Assembly (NCBI GenBank): GCA_000182565.2
Contig: KQ257461.1
DNA: 64,000 bases
Source of the DNA: Spizellomyces punctatus DAOM BR117
Taxonomy: Eukaryota
Direction: 5' to 3' (one strand)
How positions within the stretch are numbered: position 1 is the first letter of the stretch; each line of letters begins with the position of its first letter. Under the pieces are notes generated by a model. The model ran no database searches, was not told the DNA's origin, and saw only the letters and a list, made by a program, of their open reading frames with translations. Positions 1 to 12,487 of this stretch are shown in pieces. Made by a program: the position numbers and the translations under genes.

Positions 1-293
1 ACTAGTGTGGATACGCTCGACCGCTTTCGTACAAATTTGAAATAGTTTCACTTCCCGTCTGACCCTACCTGTCGGGTCGTAGAGGACCGATCTGTTATAC
101 TTTAGTATTGCATCATAAGGACACTTTGCTAGTAGATAGGTGTTTAGCCTGCTCACTTTTATCGATAAACTCCCAGGACTCATCACGCGCTTGTAAAACG
201 AACGTGATCAGGTTAGCGGCGGCTTCGTTTCAGCCGTATGGAAAGTCTTTCATGGATTCGTGTCTAGAATACACTTTACGTTTGCTATAAAGC

Positions 294-1133
294 TTATGAT
301 TTTGAGCAGAAATAGAACAAGAGAGAAACTGGCACAAACCCTATCACGAAACTGAGCAAGGCAGGGGCCAATGGTCCCCGTGCCCTCCAGAGGCCACCGA
401 TTTTCAAGGCTAGGCTGGCAACCGCTCCTATGGTAAAGAAAAGGTTCGCCCCAAACGACAGCTTACTGTCCGTTATCGCCTTCTTGGTCCATGTGGTCTG
501 ATACAACCCGAGGCCAAATTGTGCCCCGGTCAGACACAACGGAATGAGAACGGAGACAAAGTAGTCTCGATAGATCCTCGCTTTCGTCACAAACAGGTCA
601 TGCGAATCGTCGCGACTGACATAAACTGCCACGACAATTGATCTTCCTTCAACGTTGTAAGAATACTTTGATCGGGGAACGAGGAACCCCGTCTTGTCGT
701 GAAGCTGCTTTTCCCGCTGGAAGCGGTGGCAGTAAATATTTGCGCGAACAAGGTGCTGTACTTGAATAGGGCTGAGCGACGTGCGTAGGAAGTGTCCCAT
801 GTCGAACAGCTTTGAGAGGTCGGATTCCAAGATGTGCAGGCTGGCTTCAGCGTATTGAAAAGCTAGCACGCTATGGTTGAACGCCTTGCAAAACAGCATC
901 TTCTTTCTGACACTGCCGTCTGCCCAGTATACAATATGGTGCAGGATCTCTGGAGGAAGTCTCTTGCCCATCGTGATGCAGCCGGAAGAGATGGGGTCAG
1001 ATGAGGGGGGATTTTCCAGATGGCTATCATATGGACTGCGGGTGGCAGAATGGAACGATTTCCTCTTAAGTTTGATCACGTGATCCAGATTGAGGCCATC
1101 TGGCCACCAGGGCCGAGGGTAAACAAGGAACAA
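294..1133 (-). CDS. Hypothetical protein with an F-box-like segment and C-terminal hydrophobic (TM-like) helices; true start uncertain (possibly the Met near 972)
   Basis: The ORF contains KRLPPEILHHIVYWADGSVRKKMLFCKAFN (F-box-like LPxEIL). The C-terminus has about three hydrophobic stretches. The segment is shared with the adjacent ORF. Confidence 0.4.
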   Translation of the reverse strand: MFLVYPRPWWPDGLNLDHVIKLKRKSFHSATRSPYDSHLENPPSSDPISSGCITMGKRLPPEILHHIVYWADGSVRKKMLFCKAFNHSVLAFQYAEASLHILESDLSKLFDMGHFLRTSLSPIQVQHLVRANIYCHRFQREKQLHDKTGFLVPRSKYSYNVEGRSIVVAVYVSRDDSHDLFVTKARIYRDYFVSVLIPLCLTGAQFGLGLYQTTWTKKAITDSKLSFGANLFFTIGAVASLALKIGGLWRARGPLAPALLSFVIGFVPVSLLFYFCSKS

Positions 1134-1146
1134 TCATGTAGTCTTC

Positions 1147-1815
1147 TTATACAGGAATAATGTCTTCCGGTGGGGGAAGGTGAGCCCAAAAGTAGAACTT
1201 CCTGACTTCCCGGGGCACCATAGCTAGGCCCCATAAAACAGACTTAAAGTCGGTCGCATCGACAAGTGTATCGCGAATTATGGAACAGATGATGGGTGAT
1301 TTGATCTCTCCGTCAGAGTTTTTGTACCATCGGAAAAGGATCCGGTCTCCGTCTTCCACCAAGGAGGACCGTCCAACCTGGCCAAGCATCGTCGAAACTA
1401 CGCGGTTGGGATCCCCGTGAGATTTTGTAATTTTCATCCTCCAGAATTGCAAGGAACTTGCGATAATCTCGGCTGCATCCGGCGACAGCGTGGGGTCAAT
1501 TGCGGTTGCGAGTTCCGTTACGGCGTCGAGAGTCCGATATTCAAGCTCATGTCCCTCTAGAATGGCTAGACCTGTCCGAACGATGCGCTGGAAAGGAACA
1601 GCGCCAGTGTTATGCAGAAATGCCTCTTGAAAGGCTGCTACAAGAAATTGCCGGTGCACCAGGCTGGATTCAGCGTATCTGAAAGCTAGCACGCTGCGGT
1701 TGAACGCCTTGCAGAACAGCATCTTCTTTCTCACACTGCCGTCTGCCCAGTACACAATATGGTGCAGGATCTCGAAAGGAAGTCTCTTGCCCATTGTGAT
1801 GCAGCCGGAAGACAT
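1147..1815 (-). CDS. Hypothetical F-box-like protein, paralog of 294-1133 at its N-terminus
   Basis: Intronless 222-aa ORF starting MSSGCITMGKRLPFEILHHIVYWADGSVRKKMLFCKAFN. About 150 bp (1662-1812) is duplicated at 839-989. Confidence 0.45.
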   Translation of the reverse strand: MSSGCITMGKRLPFEILHHIVYWADGSVRKKMLFCKAFNRSVLAFRYAESSLVHRQFLVAAFQEAFLHNTGAVPFQRIVRTGLAILEGHELEYRTLDAVTELATAIDPTLSPDAAEIIASSLQFWRMKITKSHGDPNRVVSTMLGQVGRSSLVEDGDRILFRWYKNSDGEIKSPIICSIIRDTLVDATDFKSVLWGLAMVPREVRKFYFWAHLPPPEDIIPV

Positions 1816-1975
1816 GGCGTGGTGGTGGGTATTCTTCCAACTTTTTCGATTGAGGTGACGGCTCGGAAACCCGCGCGGGTCAATTTGGTATTAATCACGT
1901 GAAGGTTCGGGCTAGAATGTCGTTATGGTGTGAGCGCCTTCCCCACATACCTTCGTCCACTTCCCTACTGTTGCC

Positions 1976-3070
1976 ATGCACGTCTTCGTGCACGACGCCA
2001 GGTCCTTAAAGGACGTGCTTGTCGACTTCCTAAAAGTAGCGAGATTCTTCAAGGTACTTCTGTGTTCAAAGTCTTCATCGACGCAAAGATTCCGTTTGTA
2101 CAAAGCGACATCGACGACGACGAAGACCTACTTCCCCCAGCGTATTTCGAGCCCGACTCAGCAAACGTCCTAGCCCGCCTGCAAGAGATAAACGATGTCT
2201 TCCTTGCGACCACCTGGGGACACCTTAATGTCATGTGCGTTGAAGGCCCTTGGCTATACGTAAAGGGCATTGATGCACACCCAAAGTGGCAGGCCGCAGT
2301 CATATCCGAATTGACGCCCGCTGCGTTGCCCAATCTCCCCGACTTTATTGAAAACAGGGCAGCACTCACCCGCATTGATATCCAATTCGTTGGCCTCACA
2401 ACCGTCCCTCGTCCTCGCAAGCACCATTTTCCGCCATCAAAATCTCCTAGACGTCACCTTTAGGTTGCCATCTATGACCGACCGCAACGATGCGATATGG
2501 GTGGCGGACCTTATGCAAGCTCTCGCTCGCAAGGTTAACATGCGATTAAAGTTGTACCTGGACGAGACCCTGACCACTTTGGGGACGTTGGCCGAGATCA
2601 TGAAGTCCATGTCGTTGCCGAGCAATAGTATGAACTCGATTCAACTCTTGACTACCACGACTAAAAATGGGACCTCCTCCCTAGTGCTGAGCGTCGACAA
2701 AATCAAGCCCCACGTCATCGAAACCCTCATGGTCAATCTTACCTTTTGGCCCCACCATCCCTTGTTCGCCTCCGCGCTGAACGGTGTGCGCACAGGGAAA
2801 GACGACAGGCCTTGTTTTACTGCAGTTACTCCCAGGTCATCCTTCCACATTCTTCATTCCGCCCTGCAAAATGACGGGCTGCGAGTTTACCAGGTTCTTA
2901 TTCTTGACAACCTGATCCGTGCCGGCGGTGAATTCAATCAGGTGCTTCGAGTCCCGCCGGTGGCTCTGGATAATAGATATCTTGAGGGAATCTTTGATCA
3001 ACGCCGAAACGTCGTCCATCGGAACGATTGGCACAAATCCTCCTGCTCATCGTTGCGCATCTCCTCTTAA
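1976..3070 (+). pseudogene. Possible frameshifted hypothetical gene (overlapping ORFs 1976-2173, 1930-2463, 2348-3070)
   Basis: Three overlapping protein-like ORFs alternate between two frames. No family recognised. Confidence 0.25.
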
Positions 3071-3699
3071 CAGATGCTGATACAAATGCATGCTGGAAGA
3101 TTACGTCGCTGATACCCTTACTCTTGTGAGAAATAGATGATGTTGTCGCTGGTCGTAGATTCGGAATGGGTTCACGCATTCAACTGTTGTACGAGGGGGG
3201 ATTTCCCCTCGTGAAGCACTGGGAGATATCGCCGTCGTCTCTGGGCTATCGTTAGCCCATCCCAACATCGGCCGATCTGAAATCGGATCTCATGGCCGAA
3301 AGGTGCTTTCTCCAAGAAAAATCTTTCAGTCTTCGTTTAGGCAGGCACATCTCTGATGCTTGGTGATGGGAGATAGTACGTATGGCGGTTCTCTGGACCA
3401 AATCTTGTTATTGGTGATTTCGGTCTTCTGCTCTTCTCTTGCACTGTAGGAGAGACATCCCTGGTTTGATTTTTTTCGAGTACCGATGGAGCCCTTGCCC
3501 TTTAGTAAAGCATACGCCTAAAAACTGGCCCTGCGCATCAGGTCAAAATCGTATTGCTGATTGCCCGGCAAGACGAGACCTGTTCCATCGGTGTTGGAAA
3601 TGATTCATCGCTGGATCCGTGAAAGATTGCCAGAGGAATACCAGTTGCAACTCTTTGCCCTCCTCTAATATTTTAAGTTGCCGCTCGCTTATTTGCATA

Positions 3700-4200
3700 C
3701 CACTTCAGAACCATTGGCCATCCATTCTCCGGTTCCGGACTGTGGCCATCAATTTCCCAGATCCCGCAAAAGAGTTGTGCTCACCGACTGCCACTCAGCA
3801 TCATCCTTCAGGAGATCGCAGAGACGGCAGGCCAGCTAGCCATATTCCTAATATCTGAGTGGTGGTAGAGGCCAACACCTGTGACCTTGCGTTTATTAAT
3901 TGCCACGTCTTCTTCATTGTATTCTTCCGAGGAAGCGGATCTTATTCACTGCAAAGTGATACTTGACTTCAAGCTAGTTGGGCCTTATCCGTGCGACCCG
4001 GAACAGATGCTCCAACCGCACTTCAAAAGAATCTGAGTATGCGATAATGTCATCCACATACATGGGAAGTCCATGGAGGTAGCGAAGACAGTGTAGTCCT
4101 TATGGACTTTCTTGATATCGATATGGCAGAAACCCCTTGCCCGAGCCTCATGGATGTCAACCACAATTCTTTCAGCAAGGTACTCCATGGTGGCATCCCC
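3700..4200 (-). mobile_element. Highly degenerate Ty3/gypsy reverse transcriptase remnant
   Basis: Minus-strand translation across frames gives ARGFCHIDIKKVHKDYTVFAT, LPMYVDDIIAYSDSFEVRLEHLFRV (YVDD, ~3990-4070), FAVNKIRFLGRI and LCDLLKDDAEW, in RT order. Confidence 0.7.
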
Positions 4201-7056
4201 CTATACTCGCCGCAAAATCAGGCATCCGTCGCGTTTCTCTGGCTAGCGTCATCCTCTAACAAGCATAACGACCGAACTTCATCAGCAAGCAAGCCAATCA
4301 CTTACGCATTCATGGGCATCCACTCCGTGAAACGACGGTCACAGGCAGTCACAAAAGTCATCCATGTCTCTCGCGCACTCACGCTCCATCACTTGTGAAC
4401 AATACTATCCCACCAGAGACAAGACATTTGCGCAACCCTCTCATGTAGTAATATCATCGATTTACACTCGCAAGCACAAGGACAATATCTCGCCGTTCTG
4501 ACTTACCATGCAAATCATTACCAAGTCGGCAAAGACAACAACTGCATTAACAGGCCATGTACGGTGGTACTCATGACCATCAGTCCTTGGACCTTCGCAA
4601 GGAACAGGAGGAGGTGGCGCTCGCATGGATCATGTCCATCCGGCGCTTCGAGCGGCATTATGGCCATTCAATTTAGCTCTTTAAAATGCACTTCCGAAAC
4701 CATGAGACAAGGCCGGCAATGTGGAGGGGATACATGATGGCGTTATATCAAAGTTCCATCGCTAGTGTTTGGGTATGGATCACGGTCAGAGGCAGCTCTC
4801 TGTCATGCATCAAGACGCGTGGGTCGGATAAAGTTAAAGGTAACTGTAGTAGTGATCCATGCTCGTATAAGTCACATCGGGCTAGACTATCTACGGTGTA
4901 CAGTACTTTGCAAGCAGGAATCGATTGGCACATAACCACTCTGTACAAGATGGAACCTGACAGCCACGCGATAAGCAGATATCCAAAGTCGAATCCGCTT
5001 TGTGAAAAGTGGACCTTTGCCACGCCGCTTTGGGCCATACGATGCAGTAAAGTGGCCCTGGCTTGAGGAATCGGACCAGGTCGTCTCTTATACGGGGGAG
5101 GCGACTATGCATACCAGAACCATGCAGACAACGGTACCTTCAACTTTTCTCGGTCATCACAGAGATTGGACCCAATTATCCTGGAAAGCGATTGCTGAGA
5201 AGTGCCGGGTCTCGGCCAGCAACGATGTGCGCTGCACCAACGTAAGATCACACACTCAACGACGAAACAAGGGTCCCATGCATTAATGCAAGAAGGAGCT
5301 CTCGGACGGTAAAAGGTGTATACTCAAATGAAAGTTGAGGTCGCGGATGGAAGTCGTAACATCATGGTCAGGAACGACCATCACTTGAAAGAAGACAAAG
5401 TTAAGCTCTTGCCGGTCGGTGTCTCGGCTGCTCCACGAAAGAAACACCAATTGCCGTGACAGAGACACAGGAAAGTGGCATATTCTCGCAGTCGCTACTG
5501 AGAGGGATTCCCACGGACAGAAGCCGGAGCCGAGATCTGTGAAATGGAATTGTTATCTGGCGATAAAAGATGCGCTACCAAGGAGCGCAAAAGTGAACTC
5601 TCCTGAACGATGAGTGCAACCCAGCATAAGTGTTGCTGAATGGAAGCGGTGTAGAGGCATTGATGAAAGGTGCAGCGACAACGAGCATGTGATAAACGCC
5701 AGCGGTATTGAATCGCAACTTGCATCAACAGAGAAGCTCAACGGACGGCATATGCCGGCAACGCAAAGAGGTAAGGAAACTCTCATATACTGGTTTCCTG
5801 CGTGATTGAACTACTCTGAAGGGCATTCAAGAGCAGAGGGATAAGAGCGTGAGACAAGCCATGCATCTCACACTAAAATGTTTGAGTACGAATGGGGCAA
5901 TGTGGTACGTGTTAGACAACTGGCTATGTCGCTGCTTCCGCCGCTCTTCGCCAAGCAAAAGGCATATCAAATGTGGAAAAGTACAAGTGATATTTCTCTG
6001 CACAATTAGTGCTGTCCCTGTCTCTCTGGTAATAGATCACCTTCCCACGACCTCAGCAGCCAGGAGAATTTGGAAACTGAGCTTGCAGCTGCCCGACAAG
6101 AAAATGCATGGCCGCTTTGTCGCACGGTTTTGCATGCGTACCAGTATCTGGGCGTCGTTTCAATTGTGGCCTTCAACACCATCCACCATCTCTCAAACGC
6201 GATGGCATCTCATGTCCAAGTACTGCTTATGGGTAATTTTGGTATACGTGACTAGTGCTGACCTAAGCAATTCTGCTGACATGGTCTTAAGACACGCTTC
6301 GTTGCACTGTTTGACGCTGATGAGGCATGTTCGTAAAACGATTACCAACGGTTTGCAACAAGTCGAAATTTCTACGTTTGAGGTTGAAAACGGACTTGTC
6401 ACCGTTTGTCATTTTGGGGCCACAACATGATCTCAATAGAAAGAAGGAGGAATGGTTGAGTGGAAGGTCGTGCCTTTGCCGCGTTCTGTAAAAGGAAGAC
6501 CAGTGGGCTTTGCCGTAGAGGCGGTTATTTCCAACAGCGATTAGAACCCATCCACTGTTTTAATTCTGCACGCGACTTCTTTCTCGTCGTCGTCGTTCTT
6601 GTTTATTCTAGACTTTTGTATGGAGAACACTTTATAATATTGTTCAAGATGCTTCCCATGATCATATGCAAAGCGTGACGTTGGTGCGAGTAGTTTGTTG
6701 GCTAGTTGGAATGAATCAAATGGAAGATTTGGGTCCGTCTAATGAAATCTCTTTGCATACGTTCCTCCTTGTAAACCAAAGGGGCGCGCACCATGGATGT
6801 CGTACGCCAAAAAGGCTCCGACTTGTCCGATGTTACCAACAATATTAGCAATAACAGTCGTAAGCTACACATGGCCCCTGCAGGGGGATCCTTACGACTA
6901 ACTCTCTATTGAATAGATTCGTACGGCAAGCTTGGTGCTATTGTGTGGACGCGTTTCTCCACTTGCCATGTGGTTAGACTGTTGTGATTTCGCATTCTGA
7001 TCAAAAAAGGTTCACGCGGGCATTCCGGGATTCCGAAGGGCAAACCGACGACCATG

Positions 7057-7108
7057 GTGTCCGAGTGTGTGTCCGAGTGTGTGTCCGAGTGTGTGTGAGT
7101 GTGTGTGT
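7057..7108. repeat. 12-bp minisatellite (GTCCGAGTGTGT)x3 grading into (GT)n
   Basis: Directly visible. Confidence 0.8.
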
Positions 7109-8077
7109 AGGAGGTAACAGAAACTTGCCCGCCGCAGCGCTTGCCCGCCAATGCGCGGTTTCACCAAAGCATGCCTGTTAGGTTCCCGCTTTAACAACAC
7201 TATACAAATGGATTTGGGCTTATCGCTCGTATGTATATGCACATGGTGTGCGTGTATTCATGTTCCATAAAACCGGAACGCCTGATGTTAATCCTAATGG
7301 AAACACTGCTACATCTGCACTGGTTCCTTCTCAAAAACTTTGATCTACAATCACACTTGTCATCGTGAAAGCTAGCATGTCCAACAAACTCGTTCATTGT
7401 CGTCGTCGTCTCGTCGCCCCCCAATGCCCTTTCCTCCTCAAGGCCCTTCCTGAAAACCCCCCAAGACCCCCATGGGGGGCAGCTGGAAAGCGGAAGCGGG
7501 TCCCATCGGTTAAAATCGACTTTGATGTACAATAAACTTTTTTTTTCTTATTACTTTTTACGTCATGGGCCATCAAAGAAACGGACCAGGTGACTTTTGC
7601 CAAGACACTTCCATCTCCGTGTTTCTGTACACCAAGTGAGATTTTTACTACCCTTGTACCAGCTGGTAACCTCCTGTCGATCTTTTTTTTCATTCCCACA
7701 TTTTCCACGAAAAATTGCATGGTTGTTGCTCTTTCAAATTGTATCACGGGACAAGCCGTTACACCGTGTGACGCATTTCCAACAATTTGGAAATAAGCGC
7801 GGTAGGGGATTCCAAGGGGTCGTTCCAAACTATCGGTCCCAATGAAGCAAAAATGCCAAAATGCATGTTGTACAAGGAGAGAATAAAGGGGGAGAATACG
7901 CGCAAAAAAAAACCTGAAAAAAAAAGAAATAAAAAGCAGCAAGAGAATTTTTATCTCCCAATGCGTGGTTCATTTGTCCCTATTTGGGCAATGCAGAGCG
8001 TTGGCTTCCAATTGGCCGCTGGGGCTTTGCGACTTAAAAATTCCCACGCTTCCGTTAAGTGCTTTGAGGGAATTTCT

Positions 8078-8145
8078 CGTTGTCGCCGTCGTCGTTGTCG
8101 TCGTTGTTTGTCGTCGTGGTCGTCGTCGTCGTCGTCGCCGTTGTT
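8078..8145. repeat. Imperfect (GTC/GTT)n trinucleotide microsatellite upstream of the 8661 gene
   Basis: Directly visible. Confidence 0.75.
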
Positions 8146-8660
8146 GGACATTTGAAAAGGCGAGAGTTTTGAACGTCACCCGCCCGTGGCGACCATCATC
8201 ACCACACACATTACAGCATTATCATTGCTACGGAAACGCTCGTCCCATTGGACCACCTTGCCTGTGTGCGAGTTCTCGCGTCGGTGTAAAATTATAGATG
8301 GTTGCCCTCACGGCGTCTCCACCCGTCTTGTTGACGTCGTCCTTTGAGCATTCACTGCGACCTTGTTCGGATGTGGTATGTATTCCTCATGAAAATGCTT
8401 GTTTATTTTCATTGCTGGTCGCTGTTTTCCACGTGGCATTTGGGAAACGCTTGGTCATTTTGCAAAACGGGACAATGCGCGCAAGGCTCGCCCAAGCACA
8501 TTTCGTTAATGTGGGCGGGTCTTGGCTGGGCCGTGGACGGGCTGATGTAACCTGCTTTTTGGTTAAATGGCATTGGAATTTTCAGAAATACTGATCTTCT
8601 ACCTCTTTTGTTTTCTCTACAAAGCAGGGCACGGGAACGCAACTCGTCACGACGCATGCC

Positions 8661-10407
8661 ATGACCCACTCTTACGAGCTCGATAGCCACCACACTTCAG
8701 ATGAACACTTTGCAGAACTCGAAGCAAGTGACATCGGCGCACAATTTGATGGACTTTCGTCCGTACACAGCGAACATGTCCCGTCTCCGCACTCACCGCA
8801 CGAGTCGCTCCCACATTCACCCTCTGTCGCACACCTCGTAGCTTCTCCTGTCCGGCTGGCATCGGACGGTGCAGACCGCACGACAGACTCTGACCTTCAG
8901 CTGAAGCAGGAAACACATCAGAATGGGGATTCATCACAGCAGCAGCAACAGCAGCAACAACACCAAGAACAACAACAACTACAACAAGCAACCCATCATC
9001 ATCAGCAGCAGCCTGATCTAAAGATAGAGGGACCCTACCTCTCTGATGTGATTCCATCTACCCTAAGTCTACCACATATGGGTGAACCTCCTCTCCATCC
9101 CTCGCATCCGCACCAGCACGCTCACCCTCATCACGATCCTACATCCACATTTTCTCATTTTGCCGCGCCAGCCAGCACGCATATGCACTCTCCTGCTCTG
9201 CAACCCCATCGAACAGGCCGTGCGCGTGCTCAAACGTTCCATTTCGGATCACCCGCAAACGTTACCTACAGTCCAATGAGCACGTATGCTCCATTGACAC
9301 AACAAGTTTATTCATTCCCGTACTCCTCGGGACGCTTTCAATACCAAGGCATGTCCCAATCCATGTCACCGCTTGCCACCGTCCCAGAGCACCCGCTACC
9401 ACCTATCTCAACCACACAGCAATTGTCTCCGCACGAGCACATGTTTACCATTCCACCACCGCCCCTATCCGACTCTGACCGTCCGGTTTTGCAGTTCCGA
9501 CATCAACAGCAACAGCAACAGCATTTTTTCCACGATGGACAGCAGCGCATGCGGCGCTCACCACCAGCCATGACGCGTCAGCGAAGTAGCAGTGACCAAG
9601 TCATGCGGCCTAGCACGCTGTTAGTCGACACGGGCATGGCACGACGTCCCTCGGTCATGTCCTACAACGGCGCCATGGTGTCCCCTTTGGGCACGCCAAC
9701 ACCCGATCCTTATGAGGGACATATGAGCGTGTCCGCGGGAGCCATTATGATGGGTGGGCATATGGGAAGCCTGGGAGACCCGTTAGGACAACCTATGGGT
9801 TACGGAACAGGATATCTCAATCCGGCCCACCTATCTCAACCCCATACTCGTCGACGCGCACCATCCGCTCCACTGATTCCTCATCCATCCTATTTCCACA
9901 CTCCGGTCGCATCCCCCAGCGAATCGTCGAGCCCTCACGACAGTCCTCAAATGCTCCACTACTCCACAGACCCTTCGTCCACCCCGATCATGAACCCTGT
10001 CGACGAAGACTTTAAGCGGCGCATACTCCAACTCAAGTTTGAAGAACGCGAAATCGCCATCGACTTCTTAAAAGATCAAGCTAAACAGGCTGGATTCTCC
10101 GTGTTGGTACGCACGAGTCGACCGGACTACGTGGTCATTATTTGCAATTGTGGGCGCCGGGTCAAGCAAGTGGAGGGGGAACGCAAACGGAAACGGAAGC
10201 GAAAGACGGCCATGACGGGATGTGAGTGGCATGTGATTTTGTTTCGGAGGAATATCCCTGGGTAAGTTTTGCATATTTTTGATCATGGTTGGAGCTTGTT
10301 GTTGACTCGTTTTTGCGTCGTGTAGGAGCACTGCACCTCGAATGTGGGAGTTTCGAGCGAGCAGTAAAATGGAGCATAACCATCCACTCAACCTCAACGA
10401 TGACTGA
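8661..10407 (+). CDS. Putative transcription factor with Q/H/P-rich region and C-terminal FAR1/AFT-like (WRKY-GCM1 fold) zinc DNA-binding domain; exons 8661-10261 and 10326-10407
   Basis: Motif FEEREIAIDFLKDQAKQAGFSVLVRTS...ICNCG...KTAMTGCEW. Splicing the GTAAGT...TAG intron 10262-10325 restores ...MWEFRASSKMEHNHPL (C..C..HNH). Confidence 0.8.
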
Positions 10408-11350
10408 GCTCCCAACCGGGGACCCATGTATTTGAGATTCCTTGTCAATTTAACACTCCTTTTTTTTTGGAATATCCTGTTTGGAGATTTTGTCTGTAGG
10501 CCTCGTGCTGTTCTAGTTTCAAAGCATACCCAGTGTGTAGCTTTATTGTAGAGTTTTTTTTTGTATTGTCATGTTGACTGTGGGGATTTTAGATTTTTTT
10601 AGACTTTGTGTATAGCCCAGGTGGATGGACAATAGATGTTCGAGTTGTGAAAGATGAGAGATGTTATATCCCAATGCAAATGGGCACGGTGATGAGTGTG
10701 TGGTTCGGATGCTACAACGTTTTGTAATCGCACAATCAAGTCAGTTACCGTATGCACAACTCAAGAAGCATTGGATTGATAACGCAAAGGGCCATAGTTT
10801 AAATCTGGAGCAGGAAACGAGTTTTTGTGAACACATGCAGAAAGTGTTTCAGAGCCCGAATTATCGCAACGATCATCATCACGCAAAGATGATGTGCCAA
10901 GGAAAAATCGATCAACATCTAAACGAGCACCTGCAGCGTTTAACAATCCCATGCCATCACGACAAACAAAATGGATGGTATCAAACATGGCTTTATCCCA
11001 TATTTTGCATACGAACACAAAATCAGCAAAGAATGCCTTTTGCGCAACTCGATTTGCACAAAGTTACAAGGCAAGGGACAAAGCTCAGGACAAAAAAAAA
11101 ACGGTATCAACCATGTTATTCAAGGTATCAACCGTGTTATTCAAAAACAACGGTTTTAATGATAGCTAACTACTATATCCACATGAGAAAATACATTATA
11201 AAGTGTGAAAATAAATGACTTTGGGCTACTGGTTTTGCGTTTTCACACACCAAAGAAAACACACACACACATACAACACACAGACTGGTACAATCCATTC
11301 TATTCCCGTCCCACCACCATCCCTTCCACAACCTGCTCCTATGTTGATGT

Positions 11351-12487
11351 TCAAGGCCCACCATCAATTACAGGTAAAGAATGATTATGCTCCATTTTAG
11401 GGGTTGCCCGAAACTCCCACTTTTTACCACCACTCCTGAACAAGACAACTCGCCACTCACACCCCGTCATAGCCGTCTTGAACCTCCGATTCCGTTTCCG
11501 TTCGCCCTTTAATCTCTTGAGGCGTCTCCCACAATTACAAATCACGACCACGTAATCGGGTTTAGAGGTACGCACCAGGACGGTGAAACCAAAGTTTTTC
11601 GCCACGGTCTTTATGTATTCTATTGCGGGATCTTTGGTGTCGAATGTTTGGTTCAAGAGGGCTGATTTAAAGGTGTGAGGATCGTATGGAGTGTAGCCGT
11701 CTGGCAGTGGGGTGAGACGGGGGTTATACCGGTAGGATTGTTGACCTTGTACTTGGGGAACAGGAGGGATATTGGGTTGTTGTTGGGGAGACGCATGATG
11801 CGAGTAGATGCGCGAATACGGGAGTGTAAATGGACTTGCACCTGCACCAGCTGACGGCGTTGGATACATGAGAGGATCCGAGGGTATCATGGACATGTGA
11901 GAATGCTGATGATGGGAATGATGTTGTGGTTGTTGCTGTTGCTGTTGCTGTTGCTGCTGTTGTTGTTGTTGTTGGGAGTGATGATGATGAGAATGTGTTT
12001 GATGTTGTTGATGGTGATGCGATGGATGGGTATAGGCTGAAGAGGATGAAGCCGCGGAAGAAAATATAGATGCATCTGGATAGTTGACGTTGAGTGCAGG
12101 ATCATAGGTTCCAAAGGCCGACTGAGGTGTGTGGTGGGGCGTCTGCAATTGCTGTGGCTGAGAATGCGATCCAAGCGGAGGAGACGAATGCGTGTGATGA
12201 TGCCGTTGAGAGGTGTAGGAATGTGTCGTGTCAAATGAGCGTTGAAATGCGGGCAGAATCACCTTGCTGGTTGTGTTTGTAGTCGTGTCTGGGAGGTGCG
12301 AGGAATGATAGGAGGAATGAGGGCGGAAAGAGTACATATCTTGAAGAATGGGGGCAGGATGCGAATAGGAATCGGTCATCGTCAAATGTGGAATAGACAG
12401 TCGATTCGTTTGATACAGTGAGGACGACGACGATGGAGAGGATCCAGTCGTGGGAGCGTTGTTGAGAGCAGCGAGAGCGAGGGACAT
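11351..12487 (-). CDS. Paralogous FAR1/AFT-like transcription factor with poly-Q/H tract (intronless CDS)
   Basis: FDTKDPAIEYIKTVAKNFGFTVLVRTSKPDYVVVICNCG...KTAMTGCEWRVVLFR...WEFRATPKMEHNHSL. ATG at 12487. Confidence 0.8.
   Translation of the reverse strand: MSLALAALNNAPTTGSSPSSSSSLYQTNRLSIPHLTMTDSYSHPAPILQDMYSFRPHSSYHSSHLPDTTTNTTSKVILPAFQRSFDTTHSYTSQRHHHTHSSPPLGSHSQPQQLQTPHHTPQSAFGTYDPALNVNYPDASIFSSAASSSSAYTHPSHHHQQHQTHSHHHHSQQQQQQQQQQQQQQQPQHHSHHQHSHMSMIPSDPLMYPTPSAGAGASPFTLPYSRIYSHHASPQQQPNIPPVPQVQGQQSYRYNPRLTPLPDGYTPYDPHTFKSALLNQTFDTKDPAIEYIKTVAKNFGFTVLVRTSKPDYVVVICNCGRRLKRLKGERKRNRRFKTAMTGCEWRVVLFRSGGKKWEFRATPKMEHNHSLPVIDGGP

Noticed and set aside
1-6900. Endogenous giant-virus segment
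   Set aside because: It is intron-poor with orphan ORFs, but no viral hallmark gene is recognisable. The identifiable part is a retrotransposon relic.
10661-11218. 185-aa ORF between the two transcription factor genes
   Set aside because: No recognisable motif, and it runs into A-rich 3'-flank sequence. Cannot be supported without expression data.
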